Positions 44,774 to 64,000 of a DNA stretch of 64,000 bases are shown here, piece after piece. Both the position numbers and the translations under genes were made by a program. The stretch spans positions 1-64,000 of the forward strand of contig NOWV01000266.1 in assembly GCA_003344405.1 (NCBI GenBank). Direction: 5' to 3'. Each line of letters begins with the position of its first letter. Position 1 is the first letter of the stretch. The notes under the pieces were generated by a model. It made no database searches. It had not been told where the DNA came from and saw nothing but the letters and a program-made list of their open reading frames with translations. Source of the stretch: Trichoplax sp. H2 (Eukaryota).

Positions 44774-47700
44774 ATTTTTTATGTTGCACTGTAGGCGATT
44801 TAGAAGTTCATATTGTGACTTTGTTTGAGGATTTAACAGTAAATTGTGTTCAACTGCTGTTACTCAATCTAGTAGCAAGACTGTGGTATAAAGTGTGCTG
44901 GATAATACCGCGGACTTCTAAATCTCCGAGATCTAGAAGTCCGTGATAATACACGTAATTTATAAATTCCTTAGTTAATAGTTATCAATGTACAGTACAG
45001 TAGTTAGTTACAAAATTATGCACTGAACAACCAACCTTAATCTAGCGTACTGTACAGTATAGTGCTAAAATTCGCATCGGTTAATTTTAATACCCATCCT
45101 TACCATGCAGGTAGCGGTACCGTATTTTACTGTAGTATATTGCAGTACATCTACAGGTATATAGTAAATAGTACTTTCCATAGTTTCACATCCGAGATTG
45201 CACACATGCACACGTGTAAGTTGCTGTATTTTAGATCACAAGAGCCCTGAGCATCATATGAGATGAACACTATTGATCTAACCACAATACCTTACCTTTC
45301 CATAATTAGTTACACTACATAATACGCTTACGTATAAAAATATGGTATTTCTTGAGAGAAATTACAAAATCAAAATTTTCAAACAGAATACCCTATCCGC
45401 TTATCCACTTTCCGTCACTGCATGCATATCAAAGAATTTATCGTAAATATCACGATAAGTACTGTACCTTAATAACAAACCAACAAACTTACATTAAAAT
45501 TTGATTTATAATTGTATTAAATCACCTTTACGTTTTGTGAAACTTATACGGTTTTCCGATGTGAATGAATGACAATTACAAGCTAAATAGCCTCATTTTT
45601 ATAGAAGGCAATCCTAGCAGAACGCATGGATATGTATGGCGTAGTATATTCGCTATGTTACTCTCCATGTGGAAAATTACTAGCTGCAGGCGACAACTTT
45701 GGTCGAATCTTTATATTTCAGTAAGTTGTTGATAAGTTACTCATCATTGAACTGTAAATTATTCTTAATTGTTATCAATATTCATATATGATAAAAATAT
45801 AAATTACAGCTTTCAATCACGATGAGTAAAAGGATCTTCAAACATTACAGTTTGCTTTTAATAAAGATTCCACTAATACCATCAACCGACTTCTTAGATT
45901 AGAGTCTGCCCTTAATTCGACAGTACTAGCTAAGGAAAAAGAAATTATCAAACGCATTATTCAAGGTTGTATTAAAATTGACTTACGGAATGAGAACATT
46001 TCATTTCTGGCTAAATTGTAAAGCCAGCGATATTCTTACTTCGTCAAGCTTACTATATAAGCAAGGACACAGCAGGGGCTATACGGCTGGGTCAAAATAG
46101 ATTTATATGTAGTACTGTATAAGTCAGCTGTACAGTATTATAAAATTTAATTTATTGGATAAATTTTTAACTTAGATATGTAGATGCTTTGGCTAATTAC
46201 ATATGCATATTTTTTTGTATCGGTGTAGTGCATTCTGGACCCATTTATGCTTTAACGTCAACTTCAACATATCTTGTTTGGTGAGACCTAATAAATTCAA
46301 TAAATAATATACTGTAATTATAATCAGACAGGAATTGCCTACCTATTACATCGTAGCCCCTTACAGTACTATATAATAACTCTACACAAATTTCCTAGAA
46401 AGAATAAACACTGATTCTCTGTATCGTAATTAAACTTTTTTCATAATCATACACCAGTAACACATTAAAATTAGCAGACGAGTTCATTACCTCATTGTAA
46501 TGCTGAATATTTTATTCTTCTTACTTATCTTTTTTTTGAAGTGGTATATTAGATAGAATTGTTGGCTATAAATGGAGCGAGATTCTTGATAAGGTAAGTC
46601 ACAATTTTAAGATTTTATTAGATAGGAAATAATTTAGAAAGAGTGTTAAATTGTGATGTTGTGCGTGAGATCAAAAACTGCTAATAAATAGGATATTCAT
46701 GAAGTATGGAAAATCTACATTCCGTCGAGGTAGAAACCGATTCATATCATTTATCTATAAACAAGTATCATGTATTGATAGAAATATCTCATATAAGTCT
46801 TGACTTTACGAGATTTTTAACTACAATAACGAATACGCTTATGACGATGATTAAACTACTTTACGACCTCAGTAAACAATATAAATCAGCGCAAGTCAAT
46901 TCTCTGGTTTGGAATGAAGAGGTACCGAATTATCCTACTATTCATAATTTGCTTATAACACCCGAATAAGCTTGTATGTGTTATAGTTAATAATACGCTG
47001 CTGTAGCTAACTCTAGATCAGTTAGATAATAAATTTTCCATTAGGAGCTGTTCAATTATGTTATACAGTTGATAAATTTTTTTAACGAAGCACCCTTTGG
47101 TTATCATTATAATTACGTTCTGTAGGAAAATATCCTATATTGTGGTTGCGGAGATGGGAGAATTTATGGTTACGATTTGAAAAGTGGACACAATAAGGTT
47201 AACAGAATGCATTTCGCATAGATTGTAAAAGTTCATGAAGATGTATTAATTATGTTAACTTAAATTTCAGTGCAGCATGGTTGGTCATGAGGACAGCATA
47301 CATAGCATAGTCTTAGATCCCCAATCGAAGGCATGTATTAGCTCCTCTGAAGATGGATCAGTACGATTTTGGGGTAATAACCCATAATAGATACTTTTAC
47401 ATTATCACAATATTCATCGCTGCTTTACTTTCATACATCAAATCATTTCGCGGTGTAGATAATCGTAAGCCCTCTCAAATTGCTATAATTGAACCTTACA
47501 AACATCAGGTAAAAATTAATTCTACTTCTCATAAATCGCTGACCAGTACGTACAATATTTTATTACTATTTTACTTCAATATGTAGCGTAACCTTCAAGC
47601 ATATGAGAGATACCGAGAATAATTAGATTATATGATGTTGACAATCTAAAAGTGTCTGATTTCATGCTTTAGCAACTAAGCCATCATGGAGGTGGCAAAT

Positions 47701-48539
47701 GGATTTCTGCTATGGCAACCGATGCTGATGGTAACTGGATGGTAAGTTGCATTGGTATCTCAGATGACAGTTCCGAGTTAAAGTAATTTTGATGCCTATA
47801 AAATAGTCGGATATATTTCTCACCTAGCAAGCGATTAGGATTATCAGCTAATGTATATAATATATAATGTATAAATATACATTCTCAAGCAATGATTTTT
47901 CAATTATAATTAGAATTATCTATAGTTTCAATAACTTTTCAACATAACGTCCAGTTGTTATCGAATTGATACCTTCGCTATTATCAAGTATTTTCATATA
48001 TCGTCATTTCTAGGCATGTGGTGGAGCTACTGGTCTATCTATTTGGCACCTGCAGTCTAGAACTCTTACATCGAGCTGCAATGATATAACCGCTTGTGTT
48101 CGTGACGTAGTCTTTTACGATGGAAATGTACGTACCTCCGGTTAGATTTATGGAATTATTATACTGATAAAGTTTTAGCCTGTTAGGTAAACGTCAATGG
48201 TAATGTAACTTAAATGCAATGTGCTTTCTATCTAGTTCATTACAGTAGGGGATAACCACCACGTAACACATACTACTATTAATGGTGAAGTTACCGCAAC
48301 TATTCCTACTTCGTCATCTCCAAATTTCGCAATCCAAATAAATGAGAATCTTAATAGTAAACCGGTGGGATAGAATCAACTAATTATGAAATAATTTATT
48401 ATTCATCGAATCGCTATTAACTACCTAACATCTTTTTCCTTCCTAGGTGCTATGTACAGCTGGAAATTCCATCATGATCGATATCTTCATCAATTTCTTT
48501 TATAAAACTACCTCTTTCCAGTGTACATGCTCGTACTAA
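44747..48539 (+). CDS. THOC6: THO complex subunit 6 (WD40)
   Basis: Putative micro-exon 1 MDKYE (44747-44761, donor gtaaga; duplicated at 44057). Exon YSPCGKLLAAGDNFGRIFIF; GHEDSIHSI..CISSSEDGSVRFW; GKWISAMATDADGNWM|ACGG; last exon VLCTAGNSIMIDIFINFFYK..SY-TAA (48539). Confidence 0.85.
44909..44945. repeat. Near-perfect palindrome in THOC6 intron 1
   Basis: cgcggacttctaaatctc-c-gagatctagaagtccgtg: 18-bp arms with two mismatches. Confidence 0.75.
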
Positions 48540-48944
48540 TGTTCCTTCAGTATACAGTATATGTTATATACTATATACTGTACAGTATAGTAAAGTACGG
48601 TTCGTATTATAGAAGTTCAAACAGCACTCTTAATAGTTATACAACTAACTTATCGGTACGTTCAAAACTAGAAAATCAATTAATAAAATGAAGAACATAG
48701 CAAACGACCATCCAATTAATAGTTCTAAACATGTTACAAAAGTATCGTTTATAAAACCTTTTATGTCATTCATGATAATAAAATGTTTGCCACTTATACC
48801 ACTGTGGTATTTATGACAATCACTGATACCATCAAGGCTCAACTAATTTTACACGTTACTAATTATTTCAAGTACATATAATATAAAATAAATAAAACGC
48901 GTCGCCACATCAGTAAGATAACAGCAAATTTTTCATTTCGATCA

Positions 48945-58503
<9,559 letters not shown>

Positions 58504-58854
58504 CGCCTAAATCTAGAGTGGACTATTCATTGCAATTAAAAAAATTAAATTTAAAGCTATTGTTGTAGTTACAATATGCGGTGTGCGACTATGTACGTAT
58601 AGTAATATACGATTTTAGGCGCATACCGATAAATAATAATTTTAATTTTAATTTATCTATCTATTTATTATAGTGCTATTTACGCGCATGTAACAGACCA
58701 GTGGTCTTTGGTATACTGTACAGCCAACAAAGTACTACAATAAAACAAATCGGTAGTTTGACTTAGCTCGAACCTGAATATCTGGATAAATTTCCTCGAA
58801 TAAACTGACTCGAACCAAATGAAATGCGAACCAACCAGATCTTGACATTAAATG

Positions 58855-59120
58855 AGTACTGTATAGCAGTAGATACTGTACTATACTTAATTAATTGAAG
58901 TTGAAATGATAGTGAAATAGTTATTCACCCGTACACCAACGATGCACAGTCCTTAGAGCTCCGCACTTTCAGCGATTGATAATGTACTGTACTGTACGTT
59001 TGATACAGTGTACAGTACTGTACAGTACTATACTGTACAGTACAGTACAGTACAGTACAGTACTGTACGTGCAGTACATTAGAAAGATGGGAAAATGATA
59101 CAGTACAGCATACTGTACTG
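58855..59120. repeat. (TACAG)n/(CTGTA)n array in the divergent STK36/RUFY intergenic region
   Basis: e.g. ctgtacagtacagtacagtacagtacagtactgtac at ~59033-59068. Confidence 0.85.
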
Positions 59121-59173
59121 TTTGTGTTTGTGTTTGTGTTAATAACAAACGAGACAGATTACCGATCCTCAAA

Positions 59174-62100
59174 ATGTCTAGTCCATCTCATGCAAGTGAT
59201 TTTCATCCAATTTATGATGAAGACCATGACTTATCGGTGGCCACACCGGACGATCCTGTTCGATTGATTGAGAGAAGAAACATATTAAGTTTGTCTAAAC
59301 TAAGTATTAAATCACTTATTGATGCTTCCCTAAGGATAGGCAGACACCTGGAGAACCCTGATTTTCCACCGCTACTTGAGTTATTTGTAGCGTTGGAATT
59401 ACTTTTGCGACACGGCTTGAAAGGTTTGCTAGAATTTCTAAACACTGCATAAAGAGTTTTTGTAATTTATTGTTATAAATAATACTCCATGCTATTTTAC
59501 TCGAATTCATGCTGTATTAACATAAGGTAAACGAATGATTCTTGGTCGTCGTAAGGAACCTTGGGATATAATCGAGGCCTACTGTAAGATTGCTTGTGAT
59601 GAAGAACTAAATCAAAGCATTCGTAGTTGTAGAAGCCTACCAAGTGTTAGGTATGCAACTAGGATTGTATCGTTTGCTTAATGTTAATTGTCAGCCCTAT
59701 GTGCCCTTAACGCTAGCTTTCCATAACATTAGTTACTTTATTTTAACTTAGATAACCATTTGTTGATATCGGCCACTTACTAATTGTATTAAGGGTTAAA
59801 TGATAATTTCGTCCTAAAATCGTGTATCAGATATGTAAAATAAACGCTATTACTATATTATCGTCGTGTAGTAAACACCGCTATTACATATGTTGATATC
59901 AGAAAGATTTATCGAGATTCGAAGATATAGCGCTATAAATAAATAGGGAATATAACTAAGTCCTTTATCTGCATGAAAAGCGATATTTTTATAGAGGCTA
60001 CTGAAAGAGCTCAAAGGCAACTGTTTAATTCTTCGCAGCATTTTACTAATTAATCAACGTATAATTCACACAAATACTGCGATTTTGCTAATCATACGCG
60101 GTACAGTCTTATAGTATCAAGTTTATTGATGTTATCGACTGTGTGGACGTTTAATTATTTAAAAATCATCGAGACGAATCGGACAAAAGATGTTATAAAT
60201 AGTTCCTCATCATTTTAAACTATCTATTTCACACACGTATGCCAAACATTTCCTATATTCAGATCGAATGTAGGTCGATGGCGAGCTTGGCTTAGAATTG
60301 CTTTAATGCAGAAAAAATTATCAACTTACTTCTTAAAAATTATCAATTGTAGAGATAATTTCTTAAGGTAAGCCATAAGCGCCTTCAAAATTTATATCAT
60401 AGACAGATGTCTTTTGTCCTTGCCTTCTTCAATACTCTATAAAAATTACTTAGTGTTATATCGATTGCAAATTATTCAGCGAATTTTATGAAAGCTATGC
60501 GACCCTGATGCATGAAGAAAGTTCTGTCATTGCTGGCTTATTGATTGGCCTGAACGTAATTGATATTAATATCCCAATGAAAGGCATTAACTTAGACACA
60601 CAGGTTAAACTTAGCTATCGATAGTTACGATTCCGTTAAGAAATGCCAGCAATAAATTGGCAAAACCCGTGATATAAGTTTTATTATTCTAGCCCTTAGT
60701 TATTAATTTATCCATGTATTTCAAAGATGAAAATGCTGTAGGATATGAAGGTAGTGAAGATAATAACAGGTAAAACTAGAATTCGAACATTACAATTGTA
60801 ATGTAATTAATCGATCGCCAAAACTTTGTTAAACACATTAATGCTACCGGATACAATGACTAAAGAGCCTTATTTTGTCAAAAATCATTACACCTTACTT
60901 AGTTGATTGCTTCTCATAGGGAAAACACCGACTATGATGCAATTCTTGATCAAAAGTGTTACTTAGAAGAATTAAATGGGAATTTAAAGTTCGCTTAATA
61001 TAGATTTTTTGCTATAAATTTGAAAATATTATTTGTTGCTTTTTCAACTACGTAAACTTACCGCTAAACTTGAAAGATTTCGTAAAGTATTACTATCGAT
61101 GTGCAAATATTCCGAATGATTTGTTATGCATGCCAATTCTTTTCCTGTACTGTAGATCAACTATCACAACGCTTACGAAGAAACTAGATTCTTCAAATCA
61201 GTTAACAACGCAAATGAGCAACAATTTAACCATAGCTTTAGCAAAGGGCCAATGTGAGAAAGAACAAAATGAAAAATTGAAGAATATAATATCAAATCTC
61301 AACAAAGATTTCCAGCAGGCTTCTATGGTAATTTAACCGGTTAATGATGTCATTTCCATATCTACCACATGAATTTAATGTGTATTTCTGTAGTTCCGAG
61401 AACAGTCCTATTAATCGGAAATTAATCACCTTTATCTTCAGAAGCATGAATTGGACCTTGCTGCTGAGAGAAAATCCGCTAATGAAAGAAAGTATATGCA
61501 GATTCTTTAGTCTTATCCTTAAAATCTGTAACAGAATCTTAAATTGCCGAATCGTTCTATTTTTAGAACTAGTCTAGAAGAACTATACGCGAAACTGCAA
61601 AAGTCTGTAGAAAATGAAAAGGAATTACGAAATGTAATACAATACGCGATTAATTAAAATTCCATAAAAGTGCGATGATCAGTGTGTGCTTGACTTATTT
61701 TAAAACTCTTAAGTATATTTCTTTTGGCTTTAGCAAGCAGAAGAAAAAATACGCGACCTGTTAAAAACTAAAGAAGAAACCAGTGTAATAAGACTGAGTA
61801 CATGTTGCATTTTATATTGCTTTGCGTAGTATTTGTAGATAAGTAGCAATAGCGTATCATTGGTTTAAGAATACAATAATGTAAATGATTTGTTATTGTT
61901 AATGAGGGGCTGCATGCTGGTCACTTTATCATGATTATCCTTTTCATCAGTCATATCTCCATACTCTATGCTTATTGTACAGTCTTCTCTAAAAGCAGCA
62001 TGGCAAAGTATCCATGAAAAAGATGACACAATAAGCGCTTTGAGACAACAGCTCGGTGATGTTAAGCAACTGCTAATTGAATGGCAGAGCAAGGTATATA

Positions 62101-63831
62101 TAGAACGAAGATTTATATCTTTGAAAGTACTGTCCCTCCAAAGTAGAGTTAAGATTGACAACCACGTTTAAATCCGCAACCATTTAGTTAATTATTGATC
62201 TTAAGATAGAACAAATTTTGTACCTACTACCAGGATACCAATTCCTCGAGCAAGTCCAATCTAGATCTGATTGACACACTGCAAAGGAGATGTGATGAAA
62301 AAGATGGTATAATACGGGACCTACGATTAACGTAAACAATTACATTCGTATCGTTTTAAGCTATTGTAATTAGCATTGTAGTATTATCTAAAACAGAAGT
62401 TCTTTAATAGCAAAGAAGCGAATGGTATTGAATTAGAAAAACACACAAAAGCCTCGGAGCAACTAAAATTTCGTCTACAACTGATGGAAGAACAATGGTT
62501 CGGTTGTACTACGCATAATTTACAAAATTGATTCAATTTTTAAACTATTTATATTCGAAGCAATTGACTTATTGCTTGCTACATCTGTTAGCTCAAGCTT
62601 GCAATCAGAACTAACTCAGCAGTTGCAGGAGAGAAATGATATTCAGGTATAGTGTACTACAGAATTATTCGTGGTACAAAAGTTTACAGCTTCACTGTCA
62701 CTCCATATAAATCATCTATATTTTCTTGCTTTGAATTAGCTAAATTCATAAATTTTTCAAGTAGCTTTTTGCAAAAATAATTTATCTAAATGGATTTAAT
62801 TTAAAAGGCAACCCTTGCCGATTTGCAGAAAGAAAACGAAATTCTGCGTGACAGTCAACGGAAACTAAACAAAGATAAATCTGTGCGTTTTAACGGTTCA
62901 AATACCATAGATATTTAATTAGTCACCACGATTATGTTCTTAATCAGATTTCCGACTTTCTTCAAAATTACGAACTCTTATTAGAAAATGAATGAACTAG
63001 AACAAAAATGTAAGGAATTACAAAAGAATTACGAAGAGCGTGAGCTCGTAAGTAAACTGGTAAAAATTATACCAGCAAAACGTATATGTAACCATGAGTA
63101 TCTGTTGTAATTGCACGAACCGTAGGTATTCATTGCACTCTTTAGTAATTCTTTCTTTCTTATGTCATTCTCACACCCTCTAAGGAATGATCTTGATATA
63201 ATCAGACAAGTACAGTTACAGCAACATCATCAATACGGATGTGCAAACATGTAAAATAGTGCTCTTAATTCAATTCTCTATATTCTCGGTTGTTTCTCAA
63301 AGTCTCAGCTAAACGTTTTAAAATATACTAAATATTGCCATCAGAATACTAGGCACTCATGTAGTTAGACGGTAGAGCCAGCAAATAAAATCATTCAGCT
63401 AAGCCGTAACCATGACTAATGCCGATAATACTATAGTATGTACAATCACTTGACCGTAAAAAATGTTTCATGAATTATGCAATAATTAACATATTATTTA
63501 TAAGAAAAGCCTTTCAAAACAAATTAAGTTTATTTAAAATTAAGTGCTATACAATATGACTTGTACTATGATATTCTATAAGCATTTAAATACGTAATTA
63601 TATACATTGTAGTATACCCCGTACTATATTGATAGGTCTTACGCGATTTCTTTAGTAATAAAACCAATCAAAGCAGAAATTATTATGATTGCGTCATTCT
63701 TTAAATAATGCAGACGTACGTCTAGATTAATGTTTGAGTAGATTATCTGCTACTATATAATTTAAATCAATCCAATTCACTCTTCATAATTAAAACCAGG
63801 CCCTAATAGAAATGGGAGAACATTTAAGCAA
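59174..63831 (+). CDS. RUFY2: RUN domain / coiled-coil protein of the RUFY family (3' part, including the expected FYVE domain, lies outside the window)
   Basis: Exon 1 ..ERRNILSLSKLSIKSLIDASL..FPPLLELFVALELLLRHGLK; GRWRAWLRIALMQKKL; EFYESYATLMHEE..GLLIGLNVID; ILDQKCYLEELN; last visible exon ALIEMGEHLS (63800-63831). Likely co-ortholog of RUFY1/2/3. Confidence 0.85.
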
Positions 63832-64000
63832 GTAAGTATTTATGGCGGCGCATCTTATACTACTCGTATTTAAAATTTGTTTCGCTATCGCTTATTCGCA
63901 TTTTCTTTTTCAAATTCTTTTTAAGAGCACACTTAAAAGCCTCAGACTATAAAGAAGTATCAAAAGCATTTTCGGTAAGGAGCGCCTAAGAAGTACGCTT

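Noticed and set aside
58560..58575. RFX X-box upstream of the ciliary kinase STK36
   Set aside because: gttgtagttac is too poor a match to call.
58764..58835. Repeated ctcgaa(c) motif in the STK36/RUFY promoter
   Set aside because: Only 3-4 short degenerate copies; cannot be distinguished from a decayed repeat or chance.

Overview
AT-rich eukaryotic genomic DNA with many short GT-AG introns. Compact gene structure and gene content point to an early-branching animal, most plausibly a placozoan (Trichoplax-like); that assignment is inference. Manual exon reconstruction gives seven intron-rich genes: (1) a giant adhesion GPCR on the minus strand (13322 to <=583), which the ORF track shows only as an 856-aa Ig/FN3 fragment but which splices in frame through EGF, Ig, HormR, GAIN/GPS and 7TM exons; (2) PDZ-Sec7-PH Arf6 GEF (PSD/EFA6); (3) RAPGEF2/6 (PDZ-GEF); (4) PTEN; (5) THOC6; (6) STK36/Fused; (7) RUFY (runs off the window end). 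The main observations are: the contactin/L1-type 6Ig-3FN3 ectodomain, encoded almost entirely by one 2.5-kb exon and fused to an aGPCR with a degenerate GPS; orientation-flipping (TACAG)n/(CTGTA)n arrays concentrated at gene 5' ends; a U12-type PTEN intron 1; and a haplotype-like duplication across a 20-N gap.
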